Shown here one piece after another: positions 47,166 to 58,671 of a stretch of DNA of 64,000 nucleotides. The translations under genes and the position numbers were made by a program. The stretch's first letter is position 1; each line of letters begins with the position of its first letter. Below the pieces are notes generated by a model, which had not been told where the DNA came from, searched no databases, and was given only the letters and a program-made list of their open reading frames with translations. The stretch spans positions 416,001 to 480,000 of the forward strand of contig CAWANH010000029.1 of NCBI GenBank assembly GCA_963783375.1, written 5' to 3'. The DNA is from Candidatus Eiseniibacteriota bacterium. GTDB lineage: Bacteria; Eisenbacteria; RBG-16-71-46; JABDJR01.

Positions 47166-48539
47166 GTGAGTTCCTGGATACGGTGCCGTGTCCCGACCCT
47201 GATCGGATCGCTCGTCGTCCTGCTCCTGGGACCGGCGTGCGGGAAGGACACCCTCTCGCCCGAGGATCCCGGTTGCATGGTCGAGCCCACGAGCCTCGAC
47301 CTCGGCGCGGTTCTCACCTTTCCCGGCGATTCTCCGGACACCATCGACGTGGCGATCACCGTGCATAGCCTGGTGATCATCAACTCCACCGGGGGAACCT
47401 CTCCCCTGACCGGGCAGGTTTCGGTGGCGATGCAGTCCACCGCCGCGCACCCTCCCCGGGTCGTGCTGCTCCCCGAGGGACGCGACCCCCACTTCGTGCT
47501 ACCCGCCCGTTCCTCGGAGACCTTCCGCTTCAAAGTCATCTACGACCCGACCACGAGCCCCGGGCTCCACCAGGGACAGCTCGCCTTCGGCCCCCCCTGC
47601 GCCGCGGTTCCCTTTTCCATCGAGGTCACCGTGGCGGCCGAGCCCAAACCGGTTTTCGTGGACGAGTGGGGAGAACCCGGGACCGGCCCCGGCCAGTACC
47701 GGACCCCGTCCAGCCTGGCCATGGGGAACGCGCACACCCTCTACATCGCCGACCAGGTCAACAACCGGGTGCAACTGCTCAACCGGACCGGCCAGGTGCT
47801 CGGGGAGTGGCGCCAGTGGGACGAACACGACATGGACCAGGGGCTCACCCAGTCCTTCCTCCCCGCCGGGGTGGCGGTGGGGCCGGACGGCGACGTCTAT
47901 CTCGCGGATACCGAGTACGAACACGGCCGGAAACGGATCACCCGGTTCACCGCCGACGGTGAGTTCGTGAAGCGGTGGGGACCGGTCCGCACCGGGGGAT
48001 CGATCTTCACCGATCCCTTCCATCTCGCGGTGGCTTCCGACGGAACCATCTTCTCGGTGGATTCGGGGGCGCGGGTGGTGCGGGCGTTTGTCCTCGACCA
48101 GAGCTCCGAGGGATATCAGGTGGTCGCCGAGTGGGGGGGATCCGATCTCTTCGGCGTCCCCCACGGCATTGCCCTTGGCGACTCGGGCTGGGTGTACGTG
48201 AGCGATCAGTCCCGGAACCGGATCCATCGCTTCGACCGGGAGGGGAACGAGACTCTCTCCTGGGGTGCGTTGGGCGAGGAGATCGGGCAGTTCCGGAGCC
48301 CGCTGGGGATCGCGGTGGACGGCGCGGGAGAGGTCTACGTGGCCGACTCGGGAAACTCCCGCGTCCAGAAGTTCACCTCCGACGGGACCTTCATCACCAC
48401 CTGGGGCGACCCGGGCGCCGACATCGGCCAGATGGACAAGCCGAACGACGTGGAGGTGGACGAGAACGGAATGATCTACGTGCTCGACCAGAGCCGGGAC
48501 AGGATCCTCCGATTTCAGCCCGCCCAGTCGGTTCCCTGA
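47166..48539 (+). CDS. NHL-repeat beta-propeller lipoprotein
   Basis: LLGPAC lipobox; GQFRSPLGIAVD..G.VYVADSGNSRVQKF repeats; CTGACA-N17-TAAGCT upstream. Confidence 0.82.
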   Translation: MSSWIRCRVPTLIGSLVVLLLGPACGKDTLSPEDPGCMVEPTSLDLGAVLTFPGDSPDTIDVAITVHSLVIINSTGGTSPLTGQVSVAMQSTAAHPPRVVLLPEGRDPHFVLPARSSETFRFKVIYDPTTSPGLHQGQLAFGPPCAAVPFSIEVTVAAEPKPVFVDEWGEPGTGPGQYRTPSSLAMGNAHTLYIADQVNNRVQLLNRTGQVLGEWRQWDEHDMDQGLTQSFLPAGVAVGPDGDVYLADTEYEHGRKRITRFTADGEFVKRWGPVRTGGSIFTDPFHLAVASDGTIFSVDSGARVVRAFVLDQSSEGYQVVAEWGGSDLFGVPHGIALGDSGWVYVSDQSRNRIHRFDREGNETLSWGALGEEIGQFRSPLGIAVDGAGEVYVADSGNSRVQKFTSDGTFITTWGDPGADIGQMDKPNDVEVDENGMIYVLDQSRDRILRFQPAQSVP

Positions 48540-48638
48540 ATCCGCCCGGCGAATCCCGGGAAGCGGCCGTCCGACCTCTTGCCGGTGGGGGAGACGGCCT
48601 GATACAGTCCTTCCTTCTCGAAAGGGAAGGATCCGCCG

Positions 48639-49250
48639 GTGACCACGCTTGGAATCCTGGCCTCGGGACGGGGCTCCAACTGCGAAGCCATCCTGCGCGC
48701 ATGCGGGGAGGAACGTCTTGCCGCCCGCGTCGGCCTTGTCCTCTCCGATAACCCCGGAGCCGGAGCCCTGGCCCGGGCCGCGGAGCACCGCGTCCCCGCC
48801 CGTCACCTCGACCCCGGACGCAAGGGAGCCCGGCTCACCCCCGACGCCGAGACAGCTTACGCCGCCGCCTTCCGTGAGGCGGGGGTGGAGTGGGTGGCCC
48901 TGGCCGGGTTCATGCGCATCCTGGGTCCGGTCTTTCTCGACGCCTACGCGGGACGGGTGGTCAACATCCACCCTTCGCTCCTCCCCGCGTTCCCCGGGCT
49001 CCACGCCCAGCGACAAGCCTACGAGTACGGGGTCAAGACGGCGGGTTGCACCGTGCACTTCGTGGACGCCGGGGTGGACACCGGCCCCATCGTGATGCAG
49101 CGCGCGGTGCCGGTTCGCGACGAGGACTCGGTGGAGGACCTCGAAGCCCGGATCCTGGCCGAGGAGCATGCTCTCTACCTGGAAGCGCTGGCTCTCCTCA
49201 TCTCCGGCGGCTATCGGCTCGACGGCCGCCGGGTCGTCCGTTCATCCTGA
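48639..49250 (+). CDS. purN: Phosphoribosylglycinamide formyltransferase
   Basis: ASGRGSN, LAGFMRIL, NIHPSLLPAFPG, GCTVHFV..GVDTGPI. Confidence 0.95.
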   Translation: MTTLGILASGRGSNCEAILRACGEERLAARVGLVLSDNPGAGALARAAEHRVPARHLDPGRKGARLTPDAETAYAAAFREAGVEWVALAGFMRILGPVFLDAYAGRVVNIHPSLLPAFPGLHAQRQAYEYGVKTAGCTVHFVDAGVDTGPIVMQRAVPVRDEDSVEDLEARILAEEHALYLEALALLISGGYRLDGRRVVRSS

Positions 49251-49268
49251 TTCAATCGGAGGAACCTC

Positions 49269-50209
49269 GTGACATCCAAGTTCGTCGATGAAACCCCCCT
49301 GACCACCCTCGACTTGGGTCCGATCCAGCCTGCCCACCGGGGCAAGGTGCGCGAGATGTTCGATCTCGGGGACCGGCTCCTGATGGTGGCCACCGACCGC
49401 ATCTCCGCCTTCGACTGCATCCTTCCCACCGGCATTCCCGGGAAGGGGAAGATCCTGACCGAGCTCTCGGTGGCCTGGTTCGACGCTCTGGACGGGGTCG
49501 TGCCTCATCACTACATCTCACAAGAGGCCAACGAGTTCCCGGATCGAATTTCAACCGTTTCGTGAAGTCCTGGAGGGGCGGTCACTCCTGGTCAAGAAGG
49601 CCGACCGCTTCGACGTGGAGTGCGTGGTGCGCGGGTACCTGGCCGGCTCGGGCTGGAAGGAATACCGGAAGACGGGGGAGGTGTGCGGGATCCGCGCTCC
49701 CCGCCGGGCTCCGGGAGTCCGACCGGCTTCCCGAGCCGATCTTCACCCCGGCCACCAAGGCCGACGAGGGGCACGACGAGAACATCTCCTTCGACCGCAT
49801 GGCCGACATCGTGGGGAGCGAGGACGCGGCGTCGCTCCGGGACCTCTCCCTGGCCATCTACCGGAACGTGGCCGCCTACTGCGCGTCCCGGGGGATCATC
49901 GTCGCCGACACCAAGTTCGAGTTCGGCCGGGTCGGGGACGCCATCACCCTGATCGACGAGGTGCTCACCCCCGACTCCTCGCGGTTCTGGCCCGCCGACC
50001 TCTACGAGCCGGGACGCTCCCAGGACTCCTTCGACAAGCAGTACGTGCGCGACTACCTCGAGCAGCTCGACCTGGGACAAGGCCCCGCCCGCCCCGGCGC
50101 TTCCCGAGAAGGTGGCGCGGGCCATCCGCCGCGCCGCTACGCCGAGGCCCTGGAACGGCTGGTGGACCGCGCGCACCCGCTCCGCTTCACCCCGGAGACC
50201 TGGCGATGA
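49269..50209 (+). CDS. purC: SAICAR synthase (several frameshifts, probably sequencing errors)
   Basis: [56 protein letters not shown] spread over frames. Confidence 0.9.
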
Positions 50210-51758
50210 TCACCGATACGTCGCGCGCTGGTGAGCGTCTACGACAAGACCGGTCTGGACGAGCTCGGCCGCGCCCTGGCCTCGGCCGGGGTGGAGGTGG
50301 TCTCCACCGGGGGAACCGCGGCCCGGCTCCGGGAGAGCGGGGTCCGGGTGACCGACGTGAGCGAGGTGACCGGGTTTCCCGAGTGTCTGGACGGACGGGT
50401 GAAGACCCTGCATCCCAAGGTCCACGCCGGGATCCTGGCCGACCGCTCCAAGCCCGAGCACCTCGAGCAGATCCGAAAGCTCGAGGTGGAGCCGATCGAC
50501 CTGGTGGTGGTGAACCTCTATCCCTTCGAGGCGGCGGCGGAGCGCGAGGGCATCGGCCGCGCCGAACTGATCGAGGAGATCGACATCGGGGGGCCGACCA
50601 TCCTCCGGGCCGCGTCCAAGAACGCCGATCACGTGGTGCCGGTGTGCGACCCCGCCGACTATCCCGCGGTGATCGTCGCTCTGGGTGGGGGCGGGATCCC
50701 GGTGGATCTTTCCCGTCGCCTCGCGGCCAAGGTGTTCACCGTCACCGCGGCCTACGATGCGGCCATCGCCGCCCGGCTCGCCCCCGAGCCGGTGGAGCGG
50801 CGGACGCCCTTCCCTCCCGCCTTCCCCTCGGGCTCCGCCGGGTGGCGCAATTGCGCTACGGCGAGAATCCGCACCAGCGCGGGGCCCTCTACCGCCCCGC
50901 CGGCCTGCCCGCCGGACGGGCTGGCCGCCCTGGACCAGCTCCAGGGGAAGGAGCTTTCCTACAACAACTACCTGGATCTCGACGCCGCCTACCGGCTGGC
51001 CGCCGCCTTCACCCTGGGGACCGCGGTGGTGGTGAAGCACCTGAACCCCTGCGGGGTGGGGTTCGACGAGGACGCGGAGAGGGCCTACCGGCGGGCGCTG
51101 GCCGCGGACCCGGTGAGCGCCTTCGGGGGCATCGTGGCCCTCAACCGCCCCCTCACCGCCGCCGCGGCCTCGGCCATGAAGGAGATCTTCCTGGAGTGCA
51201 TCGTGGCCCCGGAGGTGGAGCCGGCCGCCCTGGAGGTGCTGGCGGCCAAGAAGAACCTCCGGGTGGTGACCGCGCGATTCGCCGCCCCGCCCCTGGGGCT
51301 CGAGATCCGTTCGGTGGCCGGGGCCTGGCTGGTGCAGTCGCCGGACGGCCCCCAGGGGGACGTCGAGCGAAAGACCGCCACCCGGCGCGCCGCCGACCCC
51401 GGCGGAAACCGAGGCCCTCGAGCGGGCCTGGATCATGGTCCGCAACGCCAAGTCCAACGCCATCGTGATCGCCGCCGGAGACGGGATGCTGGGTCTGGGC
51501 TGCGGGCAGACCAACCGGGTGGACGCGGTGCGCCAGGCGGCGGAGCGGGCGGACAAGGTGGACGTAAAGCCGGGGGTGAAGGTCCTGGCCTCGGACGCCT
51601 TCTTCCCCTTCCGGGACGGGATCGACGCCGCGGCGGCCGCCGGGGCGACCGCGATCATCCAGCCCGGGGGTTCGATCCGGGACGACGAGGTGATCGCCGC
51701 CGCCGACGAGCACGGCATGGCCATGGTGTTCACGGGAAGGCGTTGTTTCCGACACTGA
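50206..51758 (+). CDS. purH: Bifunctional AICAR transformylase/IMP cyclohydrolase (frameshifted)
   Basis: [58 protein letters not shown] across frames. Confidence 0.9.
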
Positions 51759-51869
51759 TCGTTTTCGAGACGGTTTCGACACCACAGAAAACCTATCGGA
51801 ATCGCCGCTCCGGGGCCCGCCGGCCTCGGAACGGGCGGCGGTTCCCGGACGTCCCGGGAGACGCCCCCC

Positions 51870-53401
51870 ATGATCCTGGTCCTCGACTTCGGGTCCCAGT
51901 TCACCCAGCTCATCGCCCGCCGGGTGCGGGAGCAGAGGGTCTACTGCGAGATCCATCCCTTCTCGATGCCCCTGGAGGAGATCCGGAAGCGCCGGCCGGC
52001 GGGGATCGTCCTCTCCGGCGGCCCGTCCAGCGTGTACGCGGCCGACGGCCCCCGCCCCGACCCGGGGGTGTACGGGCTGGGGGTGCCGGTGCTCGGGATC
52101 TGCTACGGGCTCCAGACGATGATCCACCACGAAGGCGGGGGCGTGGAGCGGGTAGGGCAGGGGGAGTACGGGCGGACGCCGGTGCACCTCACCGAGTCCG
52201 CCGGCCCGCTCTTCGAGGGACTGCCCGGGACCCTGACCACCTGGATGAGCCACGGCGACTCGGTCACCCGGCTCCCCGCGGGGTTCCGGCGCGAGGCGGC
52301 CACCGCCGACGGCATCGTGGCTGCGGTGGGGGACGAGACCCGCCGGTTCTACGGCCTCCAGTTCCACCCCGAGGTGGCCCACACCGAGCACGGGTCCGAG
52401 CTTCTGGCCAACTTCCTCTTCCGGGTGTGCCGGGCGGAGGCGGACTGGAATCTGGAGGACTTCGGGGAGCGCGCGGTGCGGCGGATCCGCGAGACGGTGG
52501 GGGAGGCGGGGATCGTGTGCGGGCTCTCCGGCGGGGTGGATTCCGCGGTGGTGGCCACCCTGGTCCACCAGGCGGTGGGGGACCGGCTCACCTGTGTCTT
52601 CGTGGACCACGGCCTTCTCCGGAAGAACGAGGCCGACGAGGTCATGCGGGTCCTGGACTCCGGCTTCGGGCTCCGCATCGTCCGGGTGGACGCCGCGGAC
52701 CGGTTTCTGGACAAGCTCGAGGGGGTCGCCGACCCCGAACGAAAGCGGAAGATCATCGGGGAGGAGTTCATCCGGGTGTTCGAGGCGGAGGCCCGGAAGC
52801 TGGCCGGGGTGCGGCTTCCTCGCCCAGGGCACGCTGTACCCCGACGTGATCGAGAGCGTCTCGGTGGCCGGACCCTCGGCCCGCATCAAGTCCCACCACA
52901 ACGTGGGCGGGCTGCCCGAGCGGATGGACCTCGCCCTGGTCGAGCCGGTGCGGGAGCTGTTCAAGGACGAGGTGCGCGAACTGGGGCGGGGTCTGGGCCT
53001 TCCCGAGACGGTGATCGGGCGCCACCCGTTCCCGGGACCGGGTCTGGCGGTGCGCATCCTGGGGGCGGTCACCCGCGAGCAGGTGGCGACCCTCCAGGAG
53101 GCGGACCGGATCTACATCGAGGAGCTCCGACGGGCCGGGCTCTACGACGCCATCTGGCAGGCCTTCGCGGTGCTGCTTCCGGTGCGCTCGGTGGGGGTGA
53201 TGGGGGACGAGCGCACCTACGGGAACGTGGTGGCGCTCCGCGCGGTGACCAGCGTGGACGGGATGACCGCGGACTGGTTCCCGCATGCCCGCCGAGGTCC
53301 TGGGCCGGATCGCCAACCGCATCGTCAACACGTTGCCGGGGGTGAACCGCGTCGTCTACGATGTGACCTCGAAGCCTCCCGCCACCATCGAGTGGGAGTG
53401 A
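51870..53401 (+). CDS. guaA: GMP synthase (frameshifted)
   Basis: [57 protein letters not shown]. Confidence 0.92.
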
Positions 53402-53421
53402 TCGGGCGATGCGGATACCGG

Positions 53422-56107
53422 ATGAACCACATGCTGAAACGAGTCCTCCCGGGCGGTCGCGACGGCGCTCTGCGTCGCCGGGGCGTGCCTGGCCCCGGTG
53501 CTCGCGTCCGCGGGCGGGGTTGACCCCGGCGCGGGCGCGCTCCGGGCCCCGCGTCCCCGATCCGCCCCCGGATCTCCGTCCCCCCGCCGCCCCCGGCGCC
53601 CGCGCGCCCGGCCTCCGGTTCTTCCGCCTGACCCCGCCACCGCCGACACCGTCTACCGGCTCCTGGCGGTCCCGGTGCGCTTCCCCGAGGACGCCGACCT
53701 GGGCGCCACCCCGGGCGAGCTCGCCGCCCGCCTGAACGGCGGGGACCCGGCGAGCCTCGCCGGCTACTGGAGCGCGGCCACCTACGGGCGCATCCAGTTT
53801 CGAGGTGACGGTGGCCCCCGTCGTGACCGCCGCCCACTCCCGCGCCTACTACACCGCGGAGGGGGCCGGAAACACCGGCTACGGGATCGACCCCGAGGCC
53901 TATCCCCACAACTCCCAGGGCCTGGTGGCCGAGGTCACCGCCGCCCTGGCCGACCGCGTCGATTTCCGCGGCTACGACAATACCGGGGACGGGATCGCCG
54001 ACGGACTCCTCATCCTCCACTCCGGACCGGCGGCGCCCGAGATCATCGATCCCCAGCTCCCGCGGACGGTGATGCTGGCCCACGCCTTCACCCTTCCCGG
54101 GTCGCGACGCGCGGGGCGGGGACGGTGTTCCCCTACGCGGTGGTCTCCGCCCGCGATCCGATCGGCCCCTGGGCCCATGAGACCGGACACCTCCTGGGGC
54201 TGGTGGATCTCTACGTGACCAACCCGCTCTGTCCGGGGGAAGGCCTGGGCGACGTGGTCGCTCATGGCCACCGGGGCGAACCGGGACGGCGGGCGCTCGC
54301 CCACCGGGCTCGACGCCATGAGCCGGGAGATCCTGGGGTTCGAGCCGACCTACGCCCCCGCCGCGGGCCCGCTGGCGGTGACCGGCGGGTCCTTCGCCCG
54401 GGTGTTCCGGGCCGGCGAGGCCCGCGGACCGCGCTACTTCCTGGTGGAGCGGCGAGACGGCGCGGACGGGCTCCCGGTTCCCGAGGCGGCCACGCTGATC
54501 CTGTACGTGGACGAGGCCGCGGTGGACAACCGGAACTGCCTCCGGCTTCTGGCCGCGGTTCGGGCCGCGGCCTGCGCGGGATCCGGAACCTGCGACGAGG
54601 TCCTGACCGACGACACCGCCCCCGATCTCCGGGACGGGGACGGGAACCCCACCGGCTTGGTGCTCCGCGCCGGCGGCGACGGGGTGACGGTGAGCTACGC
54701 GGGAAACCCGCCCCTGCGCCTGGAGTCGGTGCGGCTCCTCGACCCGCGCGACTCCGGGGGGACCGCGGCCCGGGTGCAGCCCCTGGCGATCACGGTGCGA
54801 AACCTCTCCGACGCTCCCCGCGGCGTGACCCTCGCCGTGGCCCCCGCGCGGCGGGCGCGCTCTGCGCCGCCGAGGAAGGGACGCCGGGGCTGGGGACGAT
54901 TCCGGCGGGAGGCACCGCCACCGACACGAGCTGGGTGCTCCTCGCCTGCGCCGGCTCCGGCGCGGTTCCCGAGCGACGGAGACCTTCGAGGTGTCCGTGG
55001 CCTCGGTCGGGGCGGGCCCGCGGCCCGGACAGCCTGGCGCTGGCCGCGGGGGGCTTCGGCCTCCCCGGCGACCGGCTGGCCGGGTTCACCGCGGTCAACC
55101 TCGCCGCTCCGCGCCGGAACCCGTGGTCCTGGGACGGATCGGCGTGGCGGGCCGCCGACATCCGGCCCCTGGCCGACGCCGAGATCGTGAGCCCCTGGTT
55201 CACCGTCCCCGAGGACGCCGCCCTGGTGGTGGACCACGGCTGGACCCTGGACGCCCTGGCCCCGGACGCGGCCCTCGATGCCGGCCGGGTGGAGATCGAG
55301 GATCAGACCGGGGTCAAGGCAACGCTGCTCCCGCCCGGGGGGTGGGGGTTCACCGCGGAGCGGGGAACCGGGAACGCCCTCGGCGGGCTCGACGTGCTCT
55401 CGGGGGACGGGGACCGGATCCACGTGATCGATCTGACCCCTTATGGACGGCGCACGGTGCGGTTGGCGTTCCGGGCCGCCGGGGACGTGGACCTCTCCGG
55501 AAGCCGGTGGACGATCCGCGGGGCGCGGGTCCTCGCCTCGCCCCCGGTGGGCTTCACCTTGAGCGAGGCCCGGCGGGGAGCCGCCGGTTTCTCGCCGTGG
55601 CCGACCGGCCGGTGGAGGCGGGCACCGGGTTGATCCTCTATGGTGGGCGTCTCGCCGTCACCGCGACCGGGGTGGTCGGGACGGGCGGCGCCGCCGAAGC
55701 GGACACCTTCCAGGCCCCGGCGGATCCGTGGCTCCGGCGCTTCGAGCTGGTGTGGATCGATTCCCGGGGACGGGGGGGAACGCGGGTGTTGACCACCGGG
55801 CCTTCGCTCGTGTCCGGTCCCGCGCTCTTCGCCGCCCCCAACCCGTTCCACCGCGGGGAGACCCAGACCTGGGCGGCGAGCCTCTCCGAGGGGTCCGCCG
55901 GGGGGCGCTTCGTCTTCCAGGTGATCGACGTCGCGGGGCGGCGGCGGGCGGAGCGGAGCGTGGTGATCGCGGTTCCCGGACCGCTTCTCGGTCGCCTGGG
56001 ACGGCCGGGACGCGGAGGGAAGGGAGCTCGCGGCCGGGGTGTACTTCCTGCGGATGGCGCGGCCGGACGGCGGAGCGGCGGTTCGCCGGATCGTGCTCCT
56101 TCCGTGA
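53422..56107 (+). CDS. Second M6-like secreted metalloprotease with FlgD/T9SS-like C-terminal domain (frameshifted)
   Basis: [38 protein letters not shown]; C-terminal APNPF...WDGRD...GVYFLRM...RIVLLP*. Confidence 0.7.
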
Positions 56108-56176
56108 AGCGCGCGCGGTGGACCACCCGGGGCCGCAACCGGAAACGCCCATGAACGTCTTCCCGGAAAGGCACCC

Positions 56177-58638
56177 ATGCACCTGAGGCGAAACATCGTC
56201 CTGGCCGGCGCGGGGCTGGCGGTGGTCCTGGCCTGGTTCGGGCTCTCGGGCGAGGCCCCGCCGGTCCCGGACCCCGGGGGCCCGCCGGCGCGCCGGCGGA
56301 TAGCCTGGCCGCGCCTCCCTCGACCCGGTGGGGATCCTGACCGCCCTCGACTCGACGGCGTCGGCGGGACGGGCCCTGGCCCTGGCCATGTTCGCCGGGG
56401 ATTCGAGCGGCATGGTCGAGGCCTCGGCGGTTCGATCCCGGGCCATGGATCGGCTGGAGCGCGCCGCCCGGGCCCCCGATGTCATCCTTCGCATGCCCTG
56501 GCCCGACCGCGTCCGCTGGCTCTCCCGCGCCCTGGAGGAGCAGCGTGTGGACTGGTCCCGGGCGCTTCTCCGGGGGCTCGGGGACCGCCTCCCCGAAGCG
56601 GGGTCGGGCAACGCGGGGCCGGCCGGCCTGGCCGTGGCCCTGTCCCGGATCGCGGTGGCCGGGGCGGACGCCGAAGACGGGCGGCAGGCAGCGGGAACCG
56701 CTCCGGGGAGGCGCCGCCGCCGCCGATTCCAACGGGGTGGGGGACGCCCTCCGGATGGCCGCCGGGGCGCGGGACTTCCGCTCCGGGACGAGGCGCTCTA
56801 CCGGCTGTGGGCGGACGCGGAGGCGGAGGGGGACACCGCGGCCGCCCTGGCCTGGGCGGACAGCCTGGTGGCCGCCGCGCCCCGGAGCCTGCGGACCCCG
56901 TCGGTCCGGCTCACCCGGGCCCGGGCGCTTCTCGCCGCCGGGGCGGCCGGCGGAGGCGGTGGCCGAGGCCCGCCTGGCCCTCCCCGGGGCCGACTCCGCC
57001 GCCCTGCGCTGCGTTCGTGGCCCGGGCGCTCCTCCGCCTCGGCTTCGTCCGGCGAGGCCGCCTTCGAGCTCGAAACCCTGATCGGCAACTACGGCGGCGA
57101 CCCCCTGGCCACCGACGCCTACGCCCTGCGCCTCCGCCTGGTCGAGCGCGGGCAGCGAGCTCTACCCCGGGTGGAGAATCGTCTCGATCTCCGAACGCGC
57201 TCCTGGCCCGGCCGGAGAGCGGCGCCCTGGAGCGCATGCGGGCCGTGGCCGACAGCGCCGCCCTCGCCCCAGCCGGTGCGCGAGTAGGCGGCGCTCCTCC
57301 TGGGCTGTTTCTACCGGGCCAAGCGATACCCCGAGGCCGAGCCGCTCCTCGGGGTCTCGTGGATCCCCGCTGCGGAAATCGCGCGGGAAGCCGGTCTCAT
57401 CCTGGCCCGCATCCTGCGCAACACCGGGCGGGTGAAACCCATGACGCGGGCTATCGCGCGCTCATGAAGACGGCGGGGGGAACCGGGGCCACCGCGGCCT
57501 GGGAACTGGGCCGGGAGATGGAGAGCCTCGGCCGGTGGAAGGAGGCGGCGCGGGTCTACGGCGAGTTGATCGCGCCTATCCCGGTCACTCCCATGCCCGG
57601 GACGCGCTCTTCCGCCGCGGTTTCAACCGGGTGCGGCTCGGGCACGTCAGGGAAGCGGTGGAGGACTTCCGCGCCGCCTATCGCGCCTCCATCCTGGCGC
57701 CGGATCAGGAACAGGCGGGATTCTGGCTGGCCCGGACCCTGAAGCCCTGGGGCGGGAGGCCGAGGCCCGGGAGGCGGCGGTGTCGGGGCCTGGCGGACCG
57801 CGCCCACGGACTACTACGGCGTCCGGTATACCGGGAGGGTTCGGGCCCGAGGGTCCCGAGCTCCCCCGGAGGGCCGCCCTTCGCCGGCGGACGAGGGCTG
57901 GACGTGCTGGGCGATGCGGAGTGGAGCGGCCCCCTCCGGGAGGCCTTCGCCGGGGGCTCGACCTGGCCCGGCTGGGGGTGATCGACGAGGCGCGGCGGGA
58001 ATGGGGACGGGCGGCCGTCCTCGGCGCGGAGACCCCCGCCGCTATCCAGGCCCTGGCCCTGGCCGCCGCCGTTCATGATATCTACCCCGAGGCGGTGCAC
58101 TGGGCCAGACACTCGGGGATGGGGCTCCCGGTCACCTCCGGGATGCGGACCGGCTTCGATCGCCTCACCTTTCCCGCCGCCTACTACGGCAACGTGAGGC
58201 GGGCGGGGGCGGCGGTCGGGATGGAGCCGGAGATCCTCTGGGCGATGATGCGTCAGGAGAGTCTCTACGATCCCCTGGCCGTGTCCCGGGCGGGCGCGAT
58301 CGGGTCTGCTCCAGATCATGCCGGGGACCCTGGGCCGGATCACCGCGGAGGCCGGGATCGATCCGCTGCCGGTGGCCGCGCTCTACCGCTCCGACGTGAA
58401 CGTCGATCTGGGCGCGCGCTTCTTCGCCGACCGGCTGGCCGAGTTCGGGGGCGACCTCCTTCCCGCTCTGGCCAGCTACAACGCGGGGGAGGCCAAGGCC
58501 CGCGAATGGATGGAGCGGGCGGACGGCGACTCGGCGGAGGTGTTCGTGGAGTGCATCGGCTATCCTGAGACCTACAGCTATGTCCGACGAATCGTCTGGC
58601 TGGCCTGGGTCTATCGGGACTACTACACCGCGAGGTGA
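56177..58638 (+). CDS. Slt-type lytic transglycosylase with TPR-like N-terminus (frameshifted)
   Basis: MMRQESLYDPLAVSRAGAIG, QIMPGT, ASYNAGE, IGYPETYSYVRRI. Confidence 0.8.
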
Positions 58639-58671
58639 GTCCGGCGAATATCGGTATTCTGGAGGGCGAGC

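Noticed and set aside
49269-53401. Programmed frameshifting or pseudogenisation of purC/purH/guaA
   Set aside because: Too many indels, no slippery-site pattern, motifs intact; best explained as sequencing error.
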